A DNA stretch of 18,624 bases, taken from assembly GCA_043813365.1 (NCBI GenBank), contig JBDRLB010000037.1:1-18624 (forward strand), given 5' to 3'. This document shows, one piece after another, positions 8,649 to 16,506 of the stretch. The number at the start of each line of letters is the position of its first letter. Within the stretch, counting starts at the first letter, position 1. The position numbers were made by a program, and so were the translations under genes. The stretch comes from Candidatus Micrarchaeota archaeon (lineage in GTDB: Archaea; Micrarchaeota; Micrarchaeia; Norongarragalinales; SBBD01). The notes beneath the pieces are model-generated. The model was not told the origin of the DNA, searched no databases, and saw only the letters and a list, made by a program, of their open reading frames with translations.

Positions 8649-9578
8649 ATGAATCTTTTCGTGTTCAAATACGGCGGCATTCTGAACGGCTACTTGCGCC
8701 GGCTTGTAGGCATCTCCACAAAAATCGGCGGAATGCTCCCGGGCCTGAAATACGACCTTCAGGAGGCGGGGTACGTTTCAACAGTGGGGGAATATGTCGC
8801 CGTGTTGGTTGCGAATTCGTTCTTTTATGGGCTGTGCTTCTTTCTCATCCTTGCAGTCCCGCTGTCGATAAAGGAAGGCACGCTTCCCATTGCAATAAGC
8901 CAATTTTCCATGGGGAATCTGCTTGCCCTTGCAATTTCCGTGAAGGTTGCATTCACCGCAAGCTTTGTGCTGATGCTCGTATTCTTCTCATTCCTTCTCT
9001 ATTATCCGAAAGTGGAGGCGCGGAAAATAGCGGAGAACATAGACCGCGACCTCGTTTTTGCGCTCAAGGACATGCAGCTGCAAATCTCTTCGGGTGTTCC
9101 GCTGTATGACGCGATGCGCAACGTGGCGCATGCGGATTACGGAAGGGTCTCGAGGGAATTCGATACGGTTGTGAGGGATGTGAATGCGGGCGGCGCGGAG
9201 GACAAGGCGCTCGAAAAGCTTGCTGACCGCACCGATTCGGAATTCATGCGCAAAACTATTTGGCAGATGCTCACTTCCTTAAGGGCGGGCAGCAGCCTTG
9301 AGGGCGCCCTGAAAACCACAATTTCTACATTGAATAATTACCAGAGACAGCAGATAAAGGGCTTTACAGGGGAGCTGAACGCGCTCACTTTGGTTTACAT
9401 GATATTCGCGGTTGCGATCCCGGGCTTAGGTTCCACACTGCTAATAGTGCTTTCCGCATTTGGGGGAATCAAGGTGAACGAATTCTTCTACATAGCATTG
9501 GTTTCATTGTGCTTCTTCGTTGAAATGGTCATAATCGGTTTCATAAAAAGCAGGAGGCCAGCGGTGCACTCGGCATGA
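8649..9578 (+). CDS. Type II secretion system F family / TadB-TadC pilus platform membrane protein
   Basis: IDRDLVFALKDMQLQISSGVPLYDAM...YGRVSREF core with flanking TM helices, directly after the ATPase. Confidence 0.92.
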   Translation: MNLFVFKYGGILNGYLRRLVGISTKIGGMLPGLKYDLQEAGYVSTVGEYVAVLVANSFFYGLCFFLILAVPLSIKEGTLPIAISQFSMGNLLALAISVKVAFTASFVLMLVFFSFLLYYPKVEARKIAENIDRDLVFALKDMQLQISSGVPLYDAMRNVAHADYGRVSREFDTVVRDVNAGGAEDKALEKLADRTDSEFMRKTIWQMLTSLRAGSSLEGALKTTISTLNNYQRQQIKGFTGELNALTLVYMIFAVAIPGLGSTLLIVLSAFGGIKVNEFFYIALVSLCFFVEMVIIGFIKSRRPAVHSA

Positions 9579-10780
9579 GCAAAAGGAAAAAAACAAGAAC
9601 AGCAAGGGAAAGGAAGGCGCATTCTCCTAAAGTGCACTCGCATAAGCTGCATGCCCCTGAGCCTCAAATTGAAATAATTCCCGTGTTAGAAAAATTCATT
9701 GAAAATGCGGTAATGCACCAAAAATCGCACGTGCATCAGGCACCCGCCTTCAAGCAGCAGGCGCCGGCAAAAAAATATGCTTCGGGGAAGCCGCTCATGC
9801 ACAAATTCTATTTTTTCCTGAGCAAATTCACGACCAGGTCGCAGCGCAATCACTTCAGGCAGGAGCTCGCCTATGCCGGCGTTTCCGAGGAAGCGGAAGT
9901 ATGGCTGGGGCAGGTGATCCTTCTCGCGCTCCTTTGCGGAGGCGCTGCATTCATGGCAGGCTGGGTGCTGATCGGTGAGGCGCTGATACAGGTTTTGGCG
10001 CTTTATTTTGTGATCGCTTTCATGATGGTATTCGTTTCGTTCATTGTGCATCTCAATGCGGAAATAGATGACAGGAAGCGCAGGCTTGAGGAAGTTCTGC
10101 CGGAAGCGCTGCAAGTGGTCGCAGCTAATCTCCGTGCGGGCATGTCGCCCGTTGTTGCACTACGCGCGTCTGCAAGGCCGGAAATGGGGCCCTTGCAGGA
10201 AGAGATAAAGCTTGCAACTACCAAATCACTGGGAACGGAATCATTCACGGACGCAATGCATGAGATGGCCCGCAAAACAACTTCGGCCGTTTTTCAGAAA
10301 ATTGTCGCGCTTTTCACTGCAAGCCTGAAATCCGGCGGCCATCTGGCGCTGCTGCTGGAAAATACCGCAGCGGATCTGCGGGAGGCGCAGGAGCTGAAGA
10401 AAGAGCTCGTTTCAAGCACGAAGCTGTACGCGGCATTCATCCTGTTCACGGTCATCATAGGGACACCCATGCTCCTCTCGGTTTCGATACATTTCAGCGA
10501 GATGGTGCTGAAGCTGCAGCAGCAGGCTCCTTCGCAGGGGATTGCATCCGAACTCTCGTCAGTTCCGCTGATCAGCACCCCGCTCTCCCCGAATTTCCTG
10601 AACAACTCCGCCTTGGTGGTGTTGCTGATCACTTCGGTGCTTGCATCCGCGCTCCTTGGAGTGATAAACAGGGGCAATTATTCCACGGGCTTGAAATATG
10701 CGCCCATGGTGGCAGCATCCAGCATTGCAGTATTCATCATAGTAAAGGACTATGTGCTAAGGGCGATACTGCCTTTATGA
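9575..10780 (+). CDS. Second T2SS-F / TadC-family platform membrane protein
   Basis: LEEVLPEALQVVAANLRAGMSP...GPLQEEI core, SGGHLALLLE and several TM helices; ATGA overlap with the upstream gene. Confidence 0.92.
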   Translation: MSKRKKTRTARERKAHSPKVHSHKLHAPEPQIEIIPVLEKFIENAVMHQKSHVHQAPAFKQQAPAKKYASGKPLMHKFYFFLSKFTTRSQRNHFRQELAYAGVSEEAEVWLGQVILLALLCGGAAFMAGWVLIGEALIQVLALYFVIAFMMVFVSFIVHLNAEIDDRKRRLEEVLPEALQVVAANLRAGMSPVVALRASARPEMGPLQEEIKLATTKSLGTESFTDAMHEMARKTTSAVFQKIVALFTASLKSGGHLALLLENTAADLREAQELKKELVSSTKLYAAFILFTVIIGTPMLLSVSIHFSEMVLKLQQQAPSQGIASELSSVPLISTPLSPNFLNNSALVVLLITSVLASALLGVINRGNYSTGLKYAPMVAASSIAVFIIVKDYVLRAILPL

Positions 10781-10896
10781 TTGGAAAAGATTGCGACGAT
10801 TGGGCCATTTTTTTCAAACACGGCGCCATAATGCCACCTGCCCAGCCATTCCCTTTTACAGCCCTTATTTTGGCCAAACGATCCATTCGGCGATAG

Positions 10897-10943
10897 GTTT
10901 AAATATCGCCTGAATATAATGGATAAAAAAATCGGTAGGTGAT
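10897..10943 (+). promoter_or_regulatory. Promoter (TATA GTTTAAATA, 10897-10905) and strong SD (AGGTGAT) of the major pilin
   Basis: TATA box about 42 nt upstream of the ATG; AGGTGAT lies 3 nt before ATG 10947. Confidence 0.65.
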
Positions 10944-10946
10944 AGG

Positions 10947-11390
10947 ATGAAATTTAGAGCACAGGCAGCTGTTGAATACCTGATGATCCTGGCGGTAGTC
11001 ATAATTATCGCTTTGGTGGTTGTCGGTGTTCTCGGCGGATTCCCAACCCTTACTTCCGGAATTTCGGAGAAGGAGAGCGCGGCATATTGGACTACGGCGG
11101 ATGTAGGGATTGTCAGGGCCATAATTGACGACACCAATACGCAGATGGTTTTGAGGAACAACAAGAACTTCGCAATCAAGGACTTGACGGTTACAGTTGG
11201 CGGCACTGCCGGCACAACGCAGTCAGTGACTTTGCAGCCCGGGGAAACAACCGGCCTCATTGTAGCGGCCGTAAAACTCTGCACGCCCGGGTCGTACTCG
11301 TTCCCGATATCGATAACATATGATGATGCGACATACGGGACAACATACACGTTCACCGGAGCAAAGCCGCTTGTTGGCACCTGCCAGTAG
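10947..11390 (+). CDS. Probable major type IV pilin (class III signal peptide)
   Basis: MKFRA/QAAVEYLMILAVVIIIALVVVGVLGGF; a short T-rich globular domain with a Cys pair. It has its own promoter, a strong SD and a terminator. Confidence 0.88.
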   Translation: MKFRAQAAVEYLMILAVVIIIALVVVGVLGGFPTLTSGISEKESAAYWTTADVGIVRAIIDDTNTQMVLRNNKNFAIKDLTVTVGGTAGTTQSVTLQPGETTGLIVAAVKLCTPGSYSFPISITYDDATYGTTYTFTGAKPLVGTCQ

Positions 11391-11394
11391 GCGC

Positions 11395-11418
11395 TTCCTT
11401 TTTTCTTTTTATTTTTTC
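11395..11418 (+). terminator. Oligo-T terminator after the pilin
   Basis: A long T-rich run (three T-tracts) directly follows the TAG. Confidence 0.6.
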
Positions 11419-11507
11419 AATAGTTTAGCTTGAGCCTCCCACCTCCCCGTTCACACTCCCACTCATTTCATTTATATTCCTATCCCGCCTAATTTGGAAA
11501 GATCAAC

Positions 11508-11663
11508 ATGCCCTCAAGGAAAACGGATGGAATTGATGTGCGGCTCGGCTCGATTGAACGCGAGCTTTTGGGGGTTAAAAGCAGCCTCTCCTTCCTCACG
11601 CTCATGGTAACGATGATATTGGCGCTCCTTCTGGGCGCGATAATCAAACTGTATTTTGGTTGA
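11508..11663 (+). CDS. Small 51-aa protein, short coiled-coil plus C-terminal TM helix (not in the ORF track)
   Basis: Manual translation: MPSRKTDGIDVRLGSIERELLGVKSSLSFLTLMVTMILALLLGAIIKLYFG*. TATA-like TTTATATT at 11471-11478; the stop is 4 nt before the tpiA ATG. Confidence 0.7.
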   Translation: MPSRKTDGIDVRLGSIERELLGVKSSLSFLTLMVTMILALLLGAIIKLYFG

Positions 11664-11667
11664 TGAT

Positions 11668-12348
11668 ATGAAAACACCGGTAATTGCGCTGAATTTGAAA
11701 GTGTATGCGGAATCAGCAGGGGAAAAGGGATTTCAACTTTGCGAAATCGCCCACAAATTGGCGGAAAAGCACCAAAAAAGGATTATTGTTTCGCCACAAG
11801 CGGCTGATTTGGGTCGGATCTCCCAATCCTTCCCACCATCCCCCTTTTTCGAGGTATTCGGGCAGCATTTCAATAGCAATGAGCAGGGCGCGTATACCGG
11901 AACCATTACGCCGGAAGCGCTTCTAGCATCAGGATGCAAAGGCTCGATTCTTAATCATTCAGAAAAGAAAATCAATGTCGCAGAACTCATCAACCTGATA
12001 CCCCGGGCAAAGAAAATCGGGCTTGATCTCATTGTTTGCGCGGATGACGTGCATGAGGCAGTTGCTATTGCAAAACTCCATCCTCCATGCATCGCGGTTG
12101 AACCGCCGGAATTGATCGGGAGCGGAATTTCTGTGAGCTCTGCCCAGCCGGAAATTGTGGAGCATTCCGTTTCCGAAATCAAGAAAATCGATTCCGAAAT
12201 CAAAGTGCTCGTCGGAGCCGGTGTTTCAACTGCTGCTGATGTGAAAAAGTCCATCGAATTAGGGGCCGAAGGGGTGCTTCTTGCCAGCGCATTCGTGAAA
12301 AGCAAGGATCCGGAGAAGCTGCTTGATGAGATGCTATCGGTTCTTTGA
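11668..12348 (+). CDS. tpiA: Triosephosphate isomerase, archaeal type
   Basis: NLKVY (catalytic Lys), ILNHSE (His), AVEPPELIG (Glu), GAGVS and GVLLASA motifs; short ~226-aa archaeal length. Confidence 0.97.
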   Translation: MKTPVIALNLKVYAESAGEKGFQLCEIAHKLAEKHQKRIIVSPQAADLGRISQSFPPSPFFEVFGQHFNSNEQGAYTGTITPEALLASGCKGSILNHSEKKINVAELINLIPRAKKIGLDLIVCADDVHEAVAIAKLHPPCIAVEPPELIGSGISVSSAQPEIVEHSVSEIKKIDSEIKVLVGAGVSTAADVKKSIELGAEGVLLASAFVKSKDPEKLLDEMLSVL

Positions 12349-12350
12349 AA

Positions 12351-13400
12351 TCAGCCTCTAGAAAAGCCGATTCCCTCTATCTCCACCCTTTTTCCCACCC
12401 CATCAATCTGCACTATCTCCTTCCCCACAAATTTCTCAATAGTGTACTTGTTCGTCAGCAAGTGATGGGTGATTTTCTCGGCAGAGTATTCTGTTTTCCC
12501 TTCCGCAAGGGCTGCGGGAAGCATCAACTGGTCCGCCAAGTGTTCATCCACTGCTCCGGTTCCATTCTCAAATTCAGTAAGCTTTTTCGCCGCCTCATGC
12601 CCCACGATTTCCGCCCTTTTGTTTATCTCCCCTAAGGTGAAAAAGCCGCCGATGCCGTTCTCGTGAACTGCCTTCAGGAAAAGGATGGTGCCCTTCCCAA
12701 CTGACGGTTTTATCCCAACTGAAATTTTCTTGTCGCAATTGAGGAACACCAGCTCCTTCAAAGCCGGCCCTTTTTGCCTATCCGCGATTTCGAGGGGGAG
12801 GTTTGATACAAAGGAATAGCCTTCAATTTTATGAAGGGAGCCACGTTCAACCATTTGCAGCGGCTTCAGCTTTTCGGCTCCGTTGATTCTCACTTCTATT
12901 TCCCCCATCCCTTCCGGATACCAGCCGTAATTCCTGATCTGGATTTCCGTATGAACCCCCATTTTTGCTACAGTTGGAAGGAAAATCTCATGCAGGTACT
13001 CGAAGCAAGGCGAAAAATGCACGTGCGTGCCCCCCCTCAAAATAACGCGGGATTCTTTTCCTGAGAATGCGAGAGGTAGGAGGATGGTCTGCAAAATCAG
13101 GCTAACGGAGCCTGCGGATTCCTTCACATCTCTCACGTCGAAAATGTATTTTCCAGAATTTATTTGATGGGGTTTGAAGACTAGCTCCTTCGAATGCAGT
13201 TCCGCTCCCTCCACTTCTGCACCGCAGATTTTCTGCATTGCCAAAACGCATGTGAGGTGCTGCGGCTGCAAGCCCGGCTTTGCCCTCCTCGCACGGATGT
13301 TCGTGATTTTGAAATCCTTTTCCAGCAAACCGCCCAATGCAAGGCTCGTCCTGAGGATCTGCCCTCCTCCCTCCAAATAGTCGCCGTCTATATTGATCAT
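12351..13400 (-). CDS. rtcA: RNA 3'-terminal phosphate cyclase
   Basis: EGGGQILRT, NIRARRAKPGLQPQH, GGTHV, GWYPEGMG, HLADQL and THHLLTN (adenylylated His) motifs. Confidence 0.96.
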   Translation of the reverse strand: MINIDGDYLEGGGQILRTSLALGGLLEKDFKITNIRARRAKPGLQPQHLTCVLAMQKICGAEVEGAELHSKELVFKPHQINSGKYIFDVRDVKESAGSVSLILQTILLPLAFSGKESRVILRGGTHVHFSPCFEYLHEIFLPTVAKMGVHTEIQIRNYGWYPEGMGEIEVRINGAEKLKPLQMVERGSLHKIEGYSFVSNLPLEIADRQKGPALKELVFLNCDKKISVGIKPSVGKGTILFLKAVHENGIGGFFTLGEINKRAEIVGHEAAKKLTEFENGTGAVDEHLADQLMLPAALAEGKTEYSAEKITHHLLTNKYTIEKFVGKEIVQIDGVGKRVEIEGIGFSRG

Positions 13401-13440
13401 GATATTTCAGTGTTCAGATTGTTGAGCCAACAGATGAAAA

Positions 13441-13689
13441 TCATTTCCAGGGCAGCGGCCCCTTGGGGCCTGCGATGCCGATTGCAGCCTGCATTCTCAG
13501 TAAAGTTCCTCTGGAGATTTTTCCACCGGCCGCAACATGGGCTATCAGGCTCTTTTTTTCCGTTCCCAGCCCCCTCCAAAGCTCATGTGTTGGCGGAAGC
13601 TCTTCCAAGTCTTCCAGCAACTGCTCTCTGGCGGATTTCCCTTTTAAAGTAAGACTTATACGGGGTTTCTCTTCACCATCATTACCCAA
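13441..13689 (-). CDS. Small hypothetical protein (82 aa)
   Basis: Fills the nac-rtcA gap on the same strand; TTG start preceded by SD-like GGGTGG; protein-like composition. Confidence 0.55.
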   Translation of the reverse strand: MGNDGEEKPRISLTLKGKSAREQLLEDLEELPPTHELWRGLGTEKKSLIAHVAAGGKISRGTLLRMQAAIGIAGPKGPLPWK

Positions 13690-13702
13690 TTATAACCACC
13701 CA

Positions 13703-14107
13703 TCATTTCTGCAGCTTCATTATTGCTTCCGCGATGTCGCCGTTCGCTTCCTCAAGAGCGGCTTTCGCCACTTCCTTAGTTACCTTCGCCTGCTCCGCAA
13801 CCATCGCGATGTCCTTTTCGGAAATGCCCTCTATTTGTTCCTCCTCACTTTCCTCCTGAGAGGGGATTTCGCCTTTTTCCGTTTTCTCCTCGCTGCCAGC
13901 ACCTGTGCCCGCGTTTTCTTCCCTCTCCTGCCCCGATACGGTGTAATTTTTCTGCCCGCCCAGGTCCATGGCCATGACGGTGGGGTTCTCGATGACAATT
14001 TTTCCGCCGTCGGATTTCTCGATGGTTACCCGCTTTGATTTTACCTCGTTGCTCACAATGCCCATCTGCCTCGCAAGAGCTGCCATCTGCCTTGGATCCA
14101 TTCTCAT
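13703..14107 (-). CDS. nac: Archaeal nascent polypeptide-associated complex protein
   Basis: MDPRQM...RQMGI NAC domain and a C-terminal UBA (DIAMVAEQAKVTKEVAKAALEEANGDIAEAIMKL). SD GGAGGTG upstream. Confidence 0.95.
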   Translation of the reverse strand: MRMDPRQMAALARQMGIVSNEVKSKRVTIEKSDGGKIVIENPTVMAMDLGGQKNYTVSGQEREENAGTGAGSEEKTEKGEIPSQEESEEEQIEGISEKDIAMVAEQAKVTKEVAKAALEEANGDIAEAIMKLQK

Positions 14108-14247
14108 GAAATTTACACCTCCAAAACGGGCTTAATCGGAGCACTATTTCCGGAAAATAAGCCCAAAATTCACTTTATTTTCACATACTTTTAACTCCTA
14201 ATGTTTAAAAAGCAGGTTTGCATAAGCAATTAGGAGTGAGCTAGTTT

Positions 14248-14622
14248 ATGCCGCCAGTAGACAACCGGTCGCCGCAGGTGAAGACGCAGGATTCGATAAG
14301 GCAGGACATCCATACGCTGGACTCGAAAATTTCCCTCATAGCGCAGAAGCTGCGGACCATTGAGCAGAACGAGGAGATCATCGGCCGCACAATTGTCGCG
14401 CACAACGAGAAAATAAAGGAATTGGAGGAGAAGGGCTCCGACGGCGCGGAAGTAACTGCAGCTGGGAATGCCGATTCCAAACTCGTCGAGAACCTGAAAA
14501 AGCAGGTGGAGGAGCTTAGAAAGGAAGTGGGGGAGATGCGATATGTGCTCAACTCAATAAACCCTCTTGAATTTGCAACGCTCGACCAGGTTAAAGAACT
14601 GCTGAAGGAAAAGAAGCAGTGA
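14248..14622 (+). CDS. Coiled-coil hypothetical protein
   Basis: Heptad-rich 124 aa ending INPLEFATLDQVKELL; TATA TTTAAAAA at about 14204 and SD AGGAGTGA upstream. Confidence 0.8.
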   Translation: MPPVDNRSPQVKTQDSIRQDIHTLDSKISLIAQKLRTIEQNEEIIGRTIVAHNEKIKELEEKGSDGAEVTAAGNADSKLVENLKKQVEELRKEVGEMRYVLNSINPLEFATLDQVKELLKEKKQ

Positions 14623-14629
14623 ACCACTT

Positions 14630-16426
14630 ATGCTAATCGGCCTTATTTTTTTATTAGCAGCAATCCTGCTAGGGTATGCGGTTTCCTGGAAAATATTCAA
14701 GGAGGAGCGGTTTTCCCCCGCAATTTTGTTCGGAATCGTTGTTGCGACATGGGTTCTTTTTGCCGCATCAATGCTATTCGGGTTCGGGGAATTTTCAATC
14801 GCAATTGCTGCAATAATTTGCTACGCCGCAGCATCTTATCTGTTGGTAATTAAGAGGCAAAAAATAGTTTTTGGGGAAATCGCATCGAAAGAATCTGCAG
14901 CCGTCGCATTCATCGCATTCGTGTTCTTCTTTTATTCCGTGCATGTAGGAATTTCCCTTAACAATGGTTTTTCGCTTGCAACGCAGGATTATGCGTTCCA
15001 TTTGGGAATTATGAATACCATTTCTCAGGGGAATTTCCCTCCCGTTTACCCCAATTATTCGCAGGCACCACTCTCATATTATTATTTCATCGATTTCTTC
15101 GGCGCGGCGCTTGTGGGGGGGGGAATGGGGTTATTTTTTGCCTTTGAACTAATAATTGCACTTTTAATGGCGGCAATCGCCCATTCGGCATTCGTGCTGG
15201 CAAGAAAAATTTCCGGGAGTACGCTGGCCGCAATTTTGGCTCTGGGACTCCTTTTACTAATTCCTTCCTGCGTTGGCTGCCAGCCCGGAGGAGCCGCTTT
15301 CTTTTCAATTTTTTCGCAAACGGGCGATTCGGCAATTCCGAAATGCTTTCCGATTGCTCCCCTATTGCCGTCGTTCCCGCTATCCCAGCCCCCGATTGCA
15401 GTAGGTTTCCTTTGCATTTTCGTGCTGCTGCTTTCCTCGCTGGAGAAAATAAGCGGAAATAAGCCGATTTTGCTGGGAGTTCTGGTGGGGTTAACTGCGG
15501 CATTCCACGTTTATTTCTTCCTTGCAATGCTTGCAATAGCATTTGCTTGGCTGCTTCTTGAAAAAAATAGGGAAAGTGCACTGCTTTTCGGGTCGGCTTT
15601 CATTTTTGGCGCCTTGCAAATACTCCTATTGTTCAAGGATAAGGCAGGTGCAGCTTTTGGGGAGTTCATAAAGCCAAATCTTTTCGCATATTCGAATAAT
15701 TTGTGGGATCTTTTCCTGTTCTGGCTGCTGAATGCAGGTCCGCATATGTTGTTGGCGGTTTTGGGAATTTTGGTTTGGAAGGGGAAAAATCCGAAAATAA
15801 TCATTGCTTTGGGGGTTTGCGTGCTGATTTTTCTCTTCGGGAACGCGTTCAACATCGCGCCCTACAATTGGGACAGCAATAAATTGTTCCTTCCGTTGCT
15901 GCTATTGCTGCCGGTTTTCGGCGGAATATTCCTGAATTGGCTGTTTGACCGGAAATTGGGAGGGAAGGCGGTTTTCGGAATCATCGCATTGTTTGCGCTA
16001 GCGTCCGCCTATTACCAGACATTCATTTATTTCACACCCGCACTTGACCAAACTCCCGTGAAAGTATCGGACGCAGCCAGCTTTGATGCGTGCATCTGGA
16101 TGAAGGCGAACATTCCGGTTTCTTCCATCGTGCTGGCGGGCGATACACTTGAGGAAAGCACGTGCATATATGCGGTAGGGGGGAGGAAAGCATTCTATTC
16201 GGTGCCTTTTTGGGTGCGGACGCATGGTTTCAATTGGGATTTGGGGAAGGATGAGCAGAAAATGGTACTGAATGGCGATTTGGAACTGGCGAGTAAATTC
16301 GGAATCTCGCACGTCATGGCAGATAGGGAATTGGAGAGGGAAATATCCCCGAAATTGAGGGAAAAACTGCTCGGAGTTTATTCAAAAGACGGCGTCAATA
16401 TATACCGGATCACCGAACAGGAATAG
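14630..16426 (+). CDS. Polytopic membrane protein, probable GT-C-fold glycosyltransferase (YYY-motif type)
   Basis: Many TM helices; loop DYAFHLG...NFPPVYPNYSQAPLSYYYFIDF; soluble C-terminal domain with WMKAN...VLA, GGRKAF and FGISHV motifs reminiscent of GT-C/AglB-like C-termini. Confidence 0.6.
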   Translation: MLIGLIFLLAAILLGYAVSWKIFKEERFSPAILFGIVVATWVLFAASMLFGFGEFSIAIAAIICYAAASYLLVIKRQKIVFGEIASKESAAVAFIAFVFFFYSVHVGISLNNGFSLATQDYAFHLGIMNTISQGNFPPVYPNYSQAPLSYYYFIDFFGAALVGGGMGLFFAFELIIALLMAAIAHSAFVLARKISGSTLAAILALGLLLLIPSCVGCQPGGAAFFSIFSQTGDSAIPKCFPIAPLLPSFPLSQPPIAVGFLCIFVLLLSSLEKISGNKPILLGVLVGLTAAFHVYFFLAMLAIAFAWLLLEKNRESALLFGSAFIFGALQILLLFKDKAGAAFGEFIKPNLFAYSNNLWDLFLFWLLNAGPHMLLAVLGILVWKGKNPKIIIALGVCVLIFLFGNAFNIAPYNWDSNKLFLPLLLLLPVFGGIFLNWLFDRKLGGKAVFGIIALFALASAYYQTFIYFTPALDQTPVKVSDAASFDACIWMKANIPVSSIVLAGDTLEESTCIYAVGGRKAFYSVPFWVRTHGFNWDLGKDEQKMVLNGDLELASKFGISHVMADRELEREISPKLREKLLGVYSKDGVNIYRITEQE

Positions 16427-16428
16427 GG

Positions 16429-16436
16429 TATATAAA
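16429..16436 (+). promoter_or_regulatory. TATA box of the rpl7ae-rps28e-rpl24e operon
   Basis: TATATAAA lies about 70 nt upstream of ATG 16507, implying a 5' UTR of roughly 45-50 nt. Confidence 0.7.
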
Positions 16437-16474
16437 GCTGATAGGTGCTAAATTATCTTCTGATTTTCTATTAG

Positions 16475-16506
16475 AACAATCAATGAAAATCAAGGGTGAG
16501 ATTGTT
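16475..16506 (+). promoter_or_regulatory. Kink-turn/K-loop RNA element in the rpl7ae 5' UTR (L7Ae autoregulatory site)
   Basis: 7-bp stem AACAAUC/GAUUGUU, 3-nt bulge AAU and tandem GA (16485-86) / GA (16498-99) pairs. It overlaps the SD GGGUGA and abuts the AUG. Confidence 0.75.

Noticed and set aside
667..11390. Archaellum operon
   Set aside because: There are no archaellin-type N-termini or recognisable FlaF/FlaG; two TadC-like genes and Q+1 pilins indicate a pilus.
11489..11677. 62-aa minus-strand ORF in the track
   Set aside because: It is the antisense shadow of the better-supported plus-strand 51-aa ORF, which has a TATA box, a TM helix and coupling to tpiA.
12351..13400. Functional link between rtcA and the rRNA intron
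   Set aside because: EndA cleavage already yields 2',3'-cyclic phosphates; rtcA is 5 kb away among unrelated housekeeping genes and no rtcB is present in the window.
16483..16506. Upstream ATG giving L7Ae an MKIKGEIV extension
   Set aside because: The ATG lies within the K-turn bulge/GA motif; the SD and homologous N-termini point to ATG 16507.
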